From contig BCIN01000002.1 in NCBI GenBank assembly GCA_039545335.1, forward strand, positions 881,118-945,117: DNA of 64,000 nt. The letters are read 5' to 3'. Shown here piece by piece: positions 1-13,780 of the stretch. Source of the stretch: Kondoa subrosea. Lineage: Eukaryota. The position numbers and the translations under genes were made by a program. The notes beneath the pieces are model-generated. The model searched no databases. It was not told the DNA's origin and saw nothing but the letters and a program-made list of their open reading frames with translations. Positions within the stretch are counted from its first letter, which is position 1, and each line of letters starts with the position of its first letter.

Positions 1-1499
1 GGTCATTTTGATGGACCAAATGGTTTGCAAGGAGGTGTACAAATGGTTGATAGCCCTTCAAGTGCCAAGAGCTTCGCGGAACAAATGTTGGGAAAGAAAT
101 TAATCACTAAACAAACTGGAGCTGCTGGAAGGATATGCAATGCTGTTCGTTGCGGATCTTACTGTTCAGCTTCAAAGTTGATTCGTAGAGCTTTGCATCG
201 GACAGGTCATGCTAGCTGCTAGAAGGCAACCAAAGAAGGAATACTATGCAGCCATTCTCAACGACCGATCAATGAACGGACCAGCTCTAGTTTCTTCTTC
301 TCGAGGCGGTATGAACATCGAAGATGTAGCCAGAGATGAGCCAGATCAAATCATTACTACCCCAATCGATTTCCACAAAGGTCTTTCATCAGATCAAGCT
401 CTAGGTGTTGCCAAACAATTGGGATTCGAAACCGCTTCCACTCAAAAACAAGCTGCCGATATCTTCCAGAAACTGTACAATCTATTCAAGGAGAAAGATG
501 CGACTCAGATTGAAATCAACCCTTTGGCAGAGACTGAAGATGGTGAAGTACTTTGGTGCGTCCTATATCCCATTCCCTAAGATATTGGCATTGTCAACTC
601 ATGGCGATTCCTTGTTAGCATGGATGCCAAACTTGGTTTTGACGAGAACGCTGCTTTCCGTCAACAAGAAATCTTCCAAAACTTGCGAGACAAAACTCAA
701 GAAGACGCAGCCGAGGTCAGTTCTAGACGCTCTACCTATCTCAAGAAAGGGTTTTAAGCTTCTGACGATTGACAGGTCGAAGCTGCCGAACATGATCTGA
801 ACTTTATCAAGCTCGACGGAGATATCGGTTGCCTCGTCAATGGTGCAGGATTAGCTATGGCTACTATGGATGTTCTCAAACTACATGGTGGTTCACCTGC
901 AAACTTCTTGGATATCGGAGGTCAGGTGGTTGACACCGCTTTTCAGACTCAAAATCTGATGCGTGGGTACTATCCTGACAGGAGGAGCAACTCCCCAGAC
1001 TGTCAAGAAGGCTTTCGAGATCTTGCTCAAGGATCCAAAGACCAAATCTATCTTCGTTAACGTTCGTCAGGGTTGACCTATGTAGCGTGTCATTCGCTTA
1101 CTGGTATTCCTCCGTGATGAACAGATCTTCGGCGGAATTATGCGATGCGATTATGTAGCAGAGTGAGTCTTTCGCACTTGACGATTGTATCAGTCTGAAC
1201 ATGCTGCTTCAGGGGTATCATTGCTGCTACAAAAGCTCTAGATATGAAAATTCCTTTGATCGTTCGTCTGCAAGGCACGAAAGTGGAAGAGGGAAAGAAG
1301 TGCGTATTGACATAATTCGTAGCATGTCAATGCTTACGTTTAGATGGATACCACAGATTGATCAATGATTCGGGCATGAAGATCTTTGCGTAAGTGTCGC
1401 GCAGCGCAGCATGTTGCATTGCTTATGTTTGGCCGCGACATTCACAGTTACGATGGATTAGATGAGGCTGCTGAAGCTGCTGTGACAAGAGCTGCTTAG
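1..1499 (+). CDS. LSC2: Succinyl-CoA ligase beta subunit (5' end outside the window, multi-exon)
   Basis: Spliced motifs [73 protein letters not shown]; stop TAG 1497-1499. Confidence 0.95.
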
Positions 1500-1659
1500 G
1501 GAATATGTTTTAGATATGGTTGTATGGGTCTTTTGCAAAAAATCGTCGACATGGCCAAATCACGTTCGTCAGCAGTGATTACTATAGAAATCGCTTTGAA
1601 TGTGCATGGTATTAGTACCTCTGATATTACCTGCTAAATGCTATACAACAATAACCACC

Positions 1660-4110
1660 TTACATTGAAACCCAAAATAAACGAATGTCCACTGTCCCTC
1701 CTTCTGCGAGCATCATTATTTCCCTTTCTCACCTTCTGCCTCGTTCGCAGCAAAGGCTTCATACAGAACAAACGCCTCTGCATCCTTTTCAGCTCTACTA
1801 GTATCCCTTGGTGCCGCGCCAGGAGGCAACAATCCTGGACTTCTCATAGGTTCATTCGTAGTATCTCCCATTTCAGATGGTGTCCGAGGAATAGTAGAAG
1901 AAGCTCTTCTTAGTGGAAACTCTTCTTCGAATTTGATTTTTGCTTTCGAAACGCCGAACCCTATTCCTGATGAAGAGCGCGAGCGTGTTTGAATAGGATC
2001 GGTATGTTCTGTATCTATATGCTGAAGAAGAAATTCATGTTCCTGTATGAGTGTTTCAGCAATGATGTCCTTCTCGGTTGATTTCTGTTGAGTGAATCAG
2101 CTGACACACAGTGGTTTTTCAATAATACATACGGTAGTCGGATCAGGTAGCATGTCTTCATCCATACCAAAGAAACATGGAGAAAAGCAGACACCCAGAT
2201 TCGATGCGTTCATGAGCATTGTCTCTTCGTAAGCAGATAAATGAGAGAGATGTGCTAGAACAGCTAGAAGTGTTGCTTTGTGAGCTTTGCTAAGTCTGTT
2301 CATTCGCTTGGCGAGACTGATTAGAGCTGCCTGCCGTTCTTCTTGGTCGCCAAGCAGAGATTTAGATAAGTTGATACGCCTGAAGACCAAATCAGATCGA
2401 TCAAAGCCACAGCACGAGATCAGCTCACTCTGTATGCGCAAACAAGAAGAGAGGAATAGGTAATTGGCGAAGATAGAGCTTCAGTACAGCTGCGACAGTA
2501 TGCACATCCGTTGCTGGATCGAAAGTGAACGCATCTTCGTCCTTTTCTAGGTGGAGTACTTCTTTTTGAACAGCTTGCATTTTGGCCGAGACTCGATACA
2601 GGCCTTCCGCTTTTGGTGAAGAAAGATCCCGAGATTCAATCTGTTCTATACAAAGATGGACTAGTCGCGGAACAGGTCGAGGTGGTTCGAACGAGGTAGA
2701 GTAGGCATCAAGATTGACGCCGAAGAGAAGGGATGCACAGCGACCGACGAAGTCTATAGGTGTATGCGTATCCGTTGAGCTACGTATAGCAAAAGATAAC
2801 GCAAACCTACAGTTCTCATAGTAGACGATTTGATCCACTGTTGTTTCTGCTGGGAATTTAGTTGCGTATTGTCCCGCTGGGAGCGATTACAATGGTGAAC
2901 GTGAGCACCGAGATGAGACGCGAATGTATGCGCTTACCATCTATAGCCGGCTGTATACACTGAACCGAAGCTGAAGTGTCATCAATGATACTAGCTATTA
3001 AGCAATTGCTAGCTTTCATAGTGAGACAATATTGTTCCAACGAGTCTGCTTGTGCATTGCAGTCAGCAAGAAAATGTGACTCCTTGAGGAAGATGCCCAC
3101 CTTTCATAGTCTGACCCAAATCAGCAACTAATTCTAAAACATTCGTAGAAACAGCTTTCTGCACTCTTTCCCTTTGCATTCTCAACGTTTCAATCTGATA
3201 AACTGCTCTACGATATTCCACGTCAGCCGTCTCCGCTTCCTTCTTAGCTTTGTAACTTTTGTTTAACGCAGAATTGCTGCTAGGCGGTAAAGGTTCGTTA
3301 GGAAGTGCTGCAGAAGAGAAAGAGGGAGGTTTTCCATCGCCATCTCCTCCTAATCGATGCATAAGATTAGTCAATTGATTGCGCGATGTCTTGATGGCGT
3401 CTTGAGCCGCTACGCGAGCTTTGGAACTACCAGGTTGAAGAGGAAGAAGCGGGTCGCGTAAAGAAGCCGCTGTTGCGCCTGTGATAAGATCTTTGCTTCG
3501 CAGAGGTGGTGAGGAAACGCCGGAATTCCCATCAAGATGAATTTCAGTCACAGGTGGATTGTCTTGCATTGATTGCAAGTTCAGGGATTGGACATTGTCG
3601 CATGCTCTGTGGTAGTTTTTCTGTAGTCGAGCAACAGTCGCCCTATCACTGGTGAATCAGGAAAGGAAAGAATACGTGAGGTATTCAAGACCCGCTCACT
3701 TGTAATCAATATGCTCCGAACTTGCAGTTCTCAACTGCTCTTTACACCTTTTTGCCAACTTCTCCTTGCTCACACGAAAAGCCAATAGGTTCTCATATAC
3801 GGCTTGCATGTTTTCACACGTCGTTTGATGTTCTTGAGCTATTCGCGCCGTGTCTTTCCTCACGTCGCTCCAAGCTGATCTCAGGTACGAAGTAACACCC
3901 CTGAAGATCTCTTTGTCCAGCTCTTCTTGCTTAGTTGATAGCTTCTCTAGCGACTCCGCATAAGTTGCTTCTATTTCTATCCGTTTACGCATGAATGTTT
4001 GATAATGTTCTAATTCGGCCAGCAGTGCACCGAAGCTGATGTTGACTGTGTTGTCGTGAGCCCAGGATTTGCAAGCTAGCTAGCACAAACTTACGTTTGA
4101 CATCCGACAT
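1660..4110 (-). CDS. F-BAR/FCH plus RhoGAP domain protein (Rgd1-like)
   Basis: N-terminal FMRKRIEIEATYAESL coiled coil; RhoGAP motifs LFGVNL, PVPRLVHLCIEQIE, EGLYRVSA, VAAVLKLYLRQLPIPLF, MNASNLGVCFSP. ATG 4110 is inferred. Confidence 0.88.
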
Positions 4111-4582
4111 GCTGTATGCGTATGCGTAGTGCAAGTAACTCAAGACAGGAAGCAGAGAAGAAGAGAAGCCAGTGCAGGCCGCAAATTGACAGGCAAGGAC
4201 AGTGTTTCCAGACTTAGAAAGAAGCTATAATCCAAGTTGGAATGGAACACGAGGAATTCGCTTGCACAGTAAGGCTGGGGAGATTTCAGACCAGTGGTAT
4301 CTTAGAGAGTCTTATCAAGGGCAGCCTACAGCAGCAGCAGCTGTGCTTTTATGCGGGGTATATCGAGTGCTTGATCAGAGAAGAGCCTGGCTTGATCGCA
4401 TACGTCCAAGTCCTGCTCACCCTCTTCGGCCGTTGCATCTACGCCTTCACAAGGCTGTGTCCAGTGACTCATAGTCAAGATAAGCAGCGCCTCGACGCTA
4501 GAGATTTTCGCATTCAGCGAAGTCGCCTGGAACCTGCCTGGACATCTGCCTTTCAGGCTGCCTATAGATTGTCAAGATGGTA

Positions 4583-6616
4583 ATGGGCCTAACCAACCCC
4601 TTACCGGTTAACCTAAGCCAAGAATGTCGCAAGGCCGAAAAGATTTTCAATTCGTTCGTAGAGTACGCTGATCGCTGCATTGGAGGTCAGCAAGATGCTG
4701 ATGGATTAACTGCAGCCCGGTCAAGGGCTTGGATAACATCATTCCTACGCAAGTCATGCGTCAAGCAAGAGGATTCTGTGTGTTCACTGTAGTCAAGGTC
4801 AGTTCAAGAAGTGCTCCTGACCGGTTCCCCGATGGATTCTGATGTATCTTCAATATCTCTTCGCTTCCAATCTATAGGCGGGATTCATGTTCAGTATAAG
4901 AGCCGGTACCGGAATAGTTATTGCTCGATTAGATAACGGGAGTGGGTTGCATCATCTTTCGCATCCGCATTATCGTGCTAAGGACCTACTTCGCAGGCTG
5001 GAGCGCACCTTCTGCGATGTAGATTATCACAAGCTTTGCTATATGCTCAAGCTCACGATCGAATAGTGCCACAACGGGTATGGGCTTTGGAGCTCAAGGT
5101 GGTGTCGAGGAAACAAGCTTCGTAGGTTTCGATCGATCTGTCTTTCCAATATTGCTGAAAGACTGCTGATTTTAGATCATTGTGAGCTTCTTCTCGTCAG
5201 ATCCAATTCCGGTCTCTTACTGTCTTTCAGGTACTCAACTCGAAATCTGCTGTCAAAACTTTCATGTCTGCCGGATCTCTCAGTCTGGGAGGTAACTTTA
5301 GTCTTGCTGTCGGACCGCTGGGACGTAATGCAGAAGGAAGTGGATCCCTTAACACGTAAGAATGCTCATTGTCGACTGTAATACCTTGACCAATTGATCA
5401 TTACCTACAGAAAAGGCAAGATAGCAGCCATGTATAGTTATTCCAAAACAAGGGGTCTCTTCGGTGGAGTTAGTATAGAAGGAAGTGTGATTGTCGAGCG
5501 ATCAGATGCCAACGCGAAAGCCTATCGAGCAGATGTGACAGCCAAACAATTGCTCACGGGCATGGTCGATCCGCCTCCATTTGCCGAAGGTCTAATCAGC
5601 GCAATTTCTCGTCGAGCTGGATCAGGAATGGATGCTACTTGGATTGACGATTCGCCAGGACCGGCATCACCTGAAATGGAGAAGAGTGGTGGTAGAAACA
5701 GAGGTTATTCTTTTGGTTCGCCCAATTCAGCTTTGGGGAGCAGCACAAATTCGAATAGTGGTCGATCAAGTCCTTTGTTCAAACCAAAGTTGCCTTCTTC
5801 TTTCTCTTTCAGCGGTAGACTAGGTGGAAACAGTCCAAAGAACAGCCCAAAGAATCCGAAAACGTCGAGCAAAGACTACTTTGAAGCTAATGACGATGAT
5901 CTCACATCCACTAATACTGCTGTCATCCAACATCAAGCGGAAGAAAACTGGCGAAGTAATGGGAAACAATCGTTCGATCTGTCAGATGATGAAGATCAAA
6001 GCTATTCTACTAAAACAAGAGGTCGTTCTGGTACCTTGCTAGCCAACAGCAGTACTCCTGCACATAGCGATCCTTACAAGAAGTCAGACCCTTTTGCTGA
6101 CGAGGAAGCTTATCAACCTCGACATTCCCTAGACTCGCTTGCTTCCGCTTCGACAGCTTCTGATTTCGGGGACAGCAAGTTTAACTTCAATGGATTGGAA
6201 ATCAAGCAGAATCAAGTCGATTTAGATAGACCTGCTGTTGATAGCAGACCACCTTTGCCGAAACGGCAATCAACTTTTGGCGGACTTGATAGAGTCCTTG
6301 CCATGTTTGACTTTGCAAGCGATGAGGTGCGTAAACATCTTATTGATTGGATGAGAGTTTCGTTTACAGATTTAATAGCCTGGTGATCTGCCTTTTGTTA
6401 AAGATGATGTGATTATAGTGGTCAAACGCCCAGCCGGCGAAGATTGGTGGCTAGGTCAGCTAAAGGGCAAAGAAGGCATTGTTAGACTTTTTAATCTCCT
6501 TCTGTTTACGGGTAGCTGACTCATTCTTGTGTTCAACAGTTCCCGAGCGTAAGTCTACGAGTGATCGAGGCATGCAGTTCTGACTTTTGATATAGAATTA
6601 CGTCAAGGCGCTCTAG
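4583..6616 (+). CDS. YSC84: Ysc84/Lsb3-type SYLF-domain plus C-terminal SH3 actin regulator
   Basis: MGLTNPLPVNLSQECRKAEKIFNSF start; GGNFSLAVGPLGRNAEG; YSYSKTRGLFGGVSIEGSVIVERSDAN; SH3 with AMFDF...DWWLG...FPANYV; TAG 6614-6616. Confidence 0.92.
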
Positions 6617-6739
6617 ACAGCGAAAAGAAAAGAGATGTAGAGAATAGACAAAAGTGGTGTGCGTTATAGTGTCTAATAAATATGCTTTGACGGCAACAAA
6701 CACAGAAAGCGTACAGTACTACGACAGTACACTTCATTT

Positions 6740-8178
6740 CTAGCTGTAAAACTCATCATCTGCCTTGTTCCTTTCATCCACAAATACGCTCAACCCATCA
6801 TAAGCCGGTCTCAACCAATGATTTTTTCCTCTTTTCTCATCTTCTTGAACCCAACCAGCTGATTCCTCTATACTTGCATTGGCGAAGGCTTCAAAATCTT
6901 CTTTTATTTTGCTATGCAGCGTTCGTTCAAACTTTTTGCATTCTGGTTTCCCTAATGGCCAAGCTGGTTCTCCTTTCCGTTGAGTGTATGATCTCGATGA
7001 CAATTTCTCGCAACAATACGTCCAGCAATCATGAGATATTCGATGAGCTGTTCACTTGATCAGACTCTGATTTTGATTTGCGTAACAAAAGTGAGACTGA
7101 CCGAATCCGAGTATATACGTTCGCTGTGGATTTAGTCTGACTATAGCTTCCATTGTCTGCCCTATCCCGAAATGTGACGAGTGCGGTATAATCTTGAGCG
7201 CATCAATGACCAGTACAGGTAATTGCTCTTCTTGCTCTTGCTTGGCATGGCCGTTCGTAAGAGAGAGCTTGCCAAGATCGGGTAGAGGTGATTGAATAAG
7301 TTCGTAGACTTCTTCAGGTATATAGCTGACATCTGATAGGTAGACTATCGATTTATCAAACATGAAGCCATTGCAATAAAAAGGTTTTGGAGGTGTAGTG
7401 AAATAACTGCCGTGATGAACTGGAAGAGGAGTGACTGTAAGACCGCATACTTGGAAAGGCTCGCTCCGTTCGAAAATGTGCCAATTGATTTCGGGCACAT
7501 CACCTCCACCAGTGATGTTCTTTTTGCTAGTGAGATATGGAAAAGATCTGGATACGCCATCAAAAGTATCTTGATCGCAGTGTATGTCGATGGATGACTG
7601 AATGATGCCTCCAAGAGTCCAGCTCCGAAGACTACATAATGTATCAGCTCAATGAAGGTTCCAAGCGGCATTAGGCATACTCATCAAGTCCATTCATAGC
7701 ATCCGCATGCGCGTGTGTCAGTATGACAGCATCAATCTTTCTCAGTCCTTTTGCAGGAAAGACTTGAAGTGCATCGCGATAGAAGGACTTCCCACAATCC
7801 ACAAGAATAGTCTTGGATTGTTTACCATTTCCTTTCACGCGTAGTACAGCGCTTGTATTCCCTGAGTAGTCGGCATAAGATAGTGAAGAGGATCGACACA
7901 AGCTTGTGGTCAAACCTCTTTTGTTCTTCCTGCCATCGGTAGATAGCGTTGATCCAGCTATGGTAGATCTACAGCATACGCAACCATTCACAGGATCTGT
8001 CAGACAAGCCAGAGCAGCTGTTTTTGCCTATCAGATATCCATTTCTGCATATTGAGATTTCTGAGATTCACGCAAGGTTGACGAGCTGCCTTCATTCTTA
8101 GCCTAGCTGGATACAACTGTGAATGGGCCATACTTACGTTCCAGTTCCGAGAAACACAAGCTCGATCTCCTTGCCCAT
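6740..8178 (-). CDS. Metallo-beta-lactamase-fold hydrolase (PhnP-like)
   Basis: MGKEIELVFLGTGT first exon; ILVDCGKSF; HxHxD motif THAHADA; LPVHHG; YLSDVS; HSSHF. Confidence 0.9.
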
Positions 8179-8205
8179 AATCTCGGTCGTTCTTTAGATA
8201 CCGCC

Positions 8206-8771
8206 ATGTCATCGCAATCGTACCCAGTCTACCACATAGTGCTCTTCAAGTATAAAGACTCAGTCAGCGAGGATGAGAAATTGGAAGCAGCCCAGAAGTT
8301 CCGCGGCCTAGCAAAGTCATGCGTAAGGAATGACAAAGCGTATATTGGCTCAATCACCTCTGGTTCGCACTAGCTGTACCATGAGGATGACCCTCATAGT
8401 GTCAGAAAGGCTCGCAGAACAACACAGAGAGACGCAGTAAAGGTCTCGAGCATGGATTCACCGTCTTGTTCGCCAATGAGGATGATCGGTGAGCTCTCAC
8501 AGAGCTCATCTACTACTGCTTGGAACTGAATATACTCTACAGAGACTATTACCTATTCACTGATCCCGTTCATGCCGATTTCAAGGTGAGCGGCATTGCT
8601 GCTCATCTCAGCTCGCGCTTTAAGCTGACTCGGCTTAGAAATACATTATGACTCTGGTTGCGGATGTCGTGACATTCGACTACAGTAAGGCCTGCATTGC
8701 ACGAGCGGAATCCGATAAGCTTACATAAGCTTGTTTCAGCCGAGAATGTACACGAGAAAGCGTTGACGTAG
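8206..8771 (+). CDS. Stress-responsive A/B barrel (Dabb) protein
   Basis: Spliced VYHIVLFKYK...KGLEHGFTVLFANEDDRDYYLFTDPVHADFK...DVVTFDY; stop about 8769-8771. Confidence 0.85.
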
Positions 8772-8909
8772 AAGGCCTGGCTTGAGGATATTGCAACAAA
8801 TACATGACTATCTATTTCACTAGCTACAAATTTACACTCTGCCCATTGTCCGAGAAAATATGTTCGGAAGCTGTGTCTTGTCCTCAACGACCCATGTCGA
8901 ATTTGGGCA

Positions 8910-11900
8910 ATGGCTCACTACGATGTACTCGCAATGGGTCATCCTATACCCCGACTGACTATTCCCACTAGCAATTCCATAACAAAAGAGGAGAAGACGA
9001 CCACATCACCAGATTCTTCAAGGCTGGCCAGAGCCAAAGAAGCTATCTCAAATCGACTTGACAAGCCCTTACGGAGTGCGCATCGAAAAGATAGCAGTAG
9101 CGTGAGTCTCTGTGTCTGGAAATAGAAGTCTGAAACTAAAATCAGGTTCCGACCTCATGTGCAGGGCTCTTCGTTACAGGGACTCGCAGTAGCAGGTCTC
9201 GGTCTAGCATTGCCTCCAGATATGCCGCCAGCGTCTTCTACAGAGCCCACCCAAGTGCCGAATGGTGTCTCGTTACTTGCGACATTGGATGGAGAGCAGT
9301 TATGCCGTGTCGATATTTCTGGTGCAACAGATACTCGAATGGTCAAAGAACTAATCTACACAAGATTGCATATTATGGACGAAGATCATGCGCATTGTAC
9401 TGTTCACAAAGGTCATTTCAATCAAGTTGTTGAAGGTCCTGCTTTACCGGAATCCGAACTTTGGGATATTTGCCTATCTGCTGCAACTCAATCAAGTCCA
9501 CCTATCTTACTCGTTCGGATTGGTGGACCAATCAAAGGTTATGCCGCTCCTCTCCTATCTCCAAATGCACCAGCTGCTCTATCTCCTTCATTAGCCAAGA
9601 AATCAACGGAATCAACTCCTAGACCAGCTTCCTCATCTTCTCTATCAGAAGAATTAGTTGGCGGCTTCTTTCTTTCGGAAAACAGAGTTGCTCCAATAGA
9701 AGAAACAGATGAATCTTTGCGAAGTATAAAACCTCAATGGCATAAAGCTAGAACCTCAGATCCTTCTTCTTCTATGAAACGTCCTCAAGGTCTTATGAGT
9801 TCGAATGAATCTACTAGACAACCTGTTTCCTCACCTGAAAGACATATTGCTGATCGAACTTCTTCCGGATCAAGTACTAGAGGTTGGACTGGTGCTATGC
9901 CTGATGAAAGAAGGAGAACGAGTGCTACAAGCGATGACATGAATAGAAGAGATTTGAGAGAATTAGAATTGAGGAATAGAAGGCGACAAGAAGCTGAAGC
10001 CGCTCAACAGTTTCAACAACAACAAATGCAGAGGGATTTGGATCGACAAAGACAGAGAGAAGCTGAAGCTCAATACCAAGCACCCAGAATCAGAAGAACA
10101 AGCTTGGAAGATGTTCCAGATCGTGAACAGCAGTATATGAGAGAGATGGGTCATCCGAGAAGTCGATCTCATGCGCCAAATACAAGATCGGCGTCGGAAC
10201 AAGCTGTTGGGTTTGGTCCTTCTGGTCCTTACTATTCTGCTGGAGCTGCAACTATGCCGGGCCGATCCCAACCTGGTTTCAATACTTATTCTTCAAATCA
10301 GAATAGACCACCTCTGCCTCTTGGGTTTGGGCCATCTGGTCCGAATGCTGGTCCTTCACGACAAGCTCCTCCGCCTTTTGCAGGTCGAGTCCTGCCTCCA
10401 ACTTTCAATTTACCTCCTCCTGGCGCTTTCTCTCCGCAATTACATGCTACTCACCCACCTCGTGCAACACATATCACTAATGCCAAGTCCATGGATGATC
10501 TTCGACGAGTCGGTCGCAGCGTGCCGCCTCCCCTTCCTGCCAATCGATATGCTACACCTGAACCTGGTATGGACAGACGAAATATGAACCGATCGAATGG
10601 GCCTCAACTACCTCCTCGGCCTCCTCAACAACAGCAAAATCAGCATTCTGATTTCCAGGGTATCCAGCAATGGCGAGATCAAGCTGCCAGAGGGGAAAGA
10701 GAGCACTACGCAGTTGGATCTGGTTTACATCCTTCGGGTGCTCAACTGATGCGATTCAACCATAGCTCACAAGGAGTTATACGGAATCAGCGAATCGTTT
10801 CGCCTGAACAGCTTCGTCCTCAGACAGCCCCTCTTTCTCAAATAGATCGATTTGGCGGGCCTCAAGAGGAACATCACCGTTGGCGCATACCAACTACTCA
10901 AAGTATGGGACCTCCTTCTGCTCAGATTGATCTTGGTCAGCGACTTCAACTTCAGCCTGGCGGTCTGCTGCAAACTTCCATGAGACCACCTGCAGCAGAA
11001 CGCATCATGACTTCGCCCGAGTTGATTGAGAAAGGCAAACCTCGGAATCAGTTCATGAGCGCTCGAGATCCTTCTCTGTCCATTCCGAAAGAACAGCACG
11101 TACGAAATTATGATGTTGGGACAAGTGTTCCTGTCTTGCCAAACCACGAACGATCAGCTCAGCACCATACAGCTGCCAGACGCAGTGAGACTTCACCCGT
11201 CCAAGCACCTGTTCGTCCAGAGGTACAACACAGTCGATCGGCTCCCATTGGTCGAATGACACCCGCCGACGATTCAGCTGACGAAGACGCTTATGGTGGA
11301 ATGGACGACAGCAGCAGTTCTAGTCATAATTGCTCGAGCACACCTCATTCTGCTTCAAGTAGTAGTCCAATAACACCTGCCGAATCTACTTCTCCTGTAT
11401 CTGAGAGCGCGCCTCCTCCGCGCAGATCTCTCTTACCTTCTCCTACTGCACCTGTACTATGGGAAGATGACATATTTGACGCGACAAATTCCGCAGAGAG
11501 TACGCTTGTGCCGAAGTTGCCTGAGCTGAATGGTGTAGCGCAAACAAACGAGTGGGATGATATCGTTAGCCGCATCAGAACAAGTCAGCCGAACGATGAA
11601 GGGACCCTCAAAGGTCCGACTCTCGCTCCGTCGAAAATACTTGCTCAGGAATTGGACGTGGATCATCCTGCAGTACCGACTTTAAGCAATCACTTTGCTT
11701 CCTTTTCTGACGATGATGATTCGGACGATGGTGGAGGTGATACTTGGGCCAAACCGCTTGATCCAGTTGCGGCAACGTTGGTGAGGCAATCTTCTTCAAA
11801 ATCGTCAAAAGCTCTATCTCCTACAACACCTTCTCGCTCAACACCGAAACCAGCTCTTCGGATCAAAACAGGCGAAGAACCTCTTTCTCCCACAACAAAT

Positions 11901-13581
11901 ACTAGCGCTGCCTCATCTACAACTGCTGAACCCTCAAAACCTTTCGACAGCGAATCAGAAGACAAGTGGGCAGTTCGTCCGTCTGTAGAACATGTTTACG
12001 AGGACCTCGAACGCTTCTTTCCCGATCACGATCTTGATAAACCTATTGTCGATGCGCCTACTTCCCCAGGCCAAACTTCTCCATCTCAGCAAATGACTAA
12101 TCTGGATACAGAGGCCGCTCCGTTACTATCGCAAAAGCTTCGCCCCAAGAAATCTATCCGAGTAGTCGCCCAAGATCGCAAGAAGATATTACAAAAGAGT
12201 AATGGCACGTTCTCAAAGTCTAGCTCTTTGTCTACTTTGGCTGCTGGTTTGCTGCGCCGCAAGAGTACCAAATTATGGGGCAGCAGATTGGAAGAAGTCA
12301 CTCCTTCAAAAGGCAAACGCGCTTTACCACCTGTCAAAGAGGATACTTCAGACCCTCAAACTGGTATGTCTTGCTTTTAGGTATATTGATCAAGCTGACT
12401 TCGGCGATAGCATCCATTAAATGGGTCAAGGGTGAGCTGATCGGTAAAGGTAGTTATGGCAAAGTAAGTCTCAATTGACATCACTATCTGGCTGCTCTCA
12501 TACCGCTTTCCAGGTCTATCTCGCGCTCAATGTCAACTCTGGAGAAATGCTCGCGGTCAAGCAAGTCGAAATGCCTCAGACTAGAAGCGACAAAGACAAC
12601 GAACTTCAAAGTAGCGTTGTTGCTGCTCTGCGTTTCGAAATTGAGACGCTCAAGGATCTCGATCACCCCCATATCGTTCAATTCCTCGGTCAAGAACAGA
12701 CTACCCAATTTCTCTCCATTTTCCTCGAATACGTAAGTATAGGTTGTATCTTGCGGCCGACTCAATAACTGATAATCGATTCTAGGTTCCTGGTGGAAGT
12801 GTTGGTCGATGTATCCGAAAGCATGGAAAATTCGAAAAACCTGTCGTACAATATTTCACCGTTCAGATACTTGCTGGTCTATCCTATCTGCACAGTAAAG
12901 GTGTCCTGCATCGTGATCTGAAAGCAGACAATATTCTTGTCGACCTTGATGGGAACTGCAAGATTTCGGATTTCGGTATCAGCAAGAGAAGCGATGACAT
13001 TTATAGCGATAAACCTGAAATGTCTATGCAAGGAAGTGTCTTCTGGAGTGAGTCTTCTTGCATCTGCGAACAGATGTGACGGATGACTGAAGCGCGCTGT
13101 TCACCAGTGGCACCCGAAGTCATTCATAATGGCAAACGAGGTTATTCAGCAAAAGTCGATATATGGTCGCTCGGATGTGTAGCACTCGAGATGATTGGCG
13201 GCAAAAGACCATGGAACAATGAACAGCTCGTTCAAGCTCTTTTCAAGGTCAGCTTATTGATCGAACTCGCTTGATATGAGAGATGCTAATATGCCTTACT
13301 CAGCTTGGTGCTGAGAAGCTTGCTCCTCCTATACCTCAAGATGCGGAGCTATGTGCAGAAGGACGCGATTTTCTGGAACACTGCTTTACGGTGTAAGTTC
13401 ATCACTTTGATTTACGGGATAGCTTGACTCGACTCATCATTCTTTCGCATGCAGAAATCCTGAAGATAGACCGACAGCGGAAATGCTGCTCTGTCATCCC
13501 TACATGCTGCGCGATGAGAATTGGAAGTTCAGTCAATCGTCGCTTGCCAAAGCACTTTCTTCCAAAAGAAGAAGAGGTTGA
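8910..13581 (+). CDS. BCK1: MAP kinase kinase kinase, Bck1/Mkh1 type
   Basis: Long low-complexity N-terminus; [26 protein letters not shown] and RRKSTKLWG motifs; kinase [52 protein letters not shown] 13579-13581. Confidence 0.92.
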
Positions 13582-13780
13582 AGTGTTGAAATGTGTTGAA
13601 TAGTGGATGTAACGAGTTGATCTGTGTATTTATAAAGCATGCCTGTAATAATTCGAAGATTGCTTCTTAAGCCTTGTCAGAGAATAGATTCCCGTTTGCA
13701 TTGCTCGAACAGCCAGCAAGCGCTGAGTAGGATAACCTACGACAGCCTCGCGATACCCTAGCAGCACGTAGTGTCGAAGC

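Noticed and set aside
4202..4583. Two overlapping ORFs (90 and 113 aa) between the RhoGAP and YSC84
   Set aside because: No recognisable motif or splice structure; they sit in a divergent promoter region and are likely chance ORFs.
9388..12337. Many antisense or alternative-frame ORFs inside BCK1, and likewise in other large exons
   Set aside because: Shadow ORFs of long low-complexity exons.
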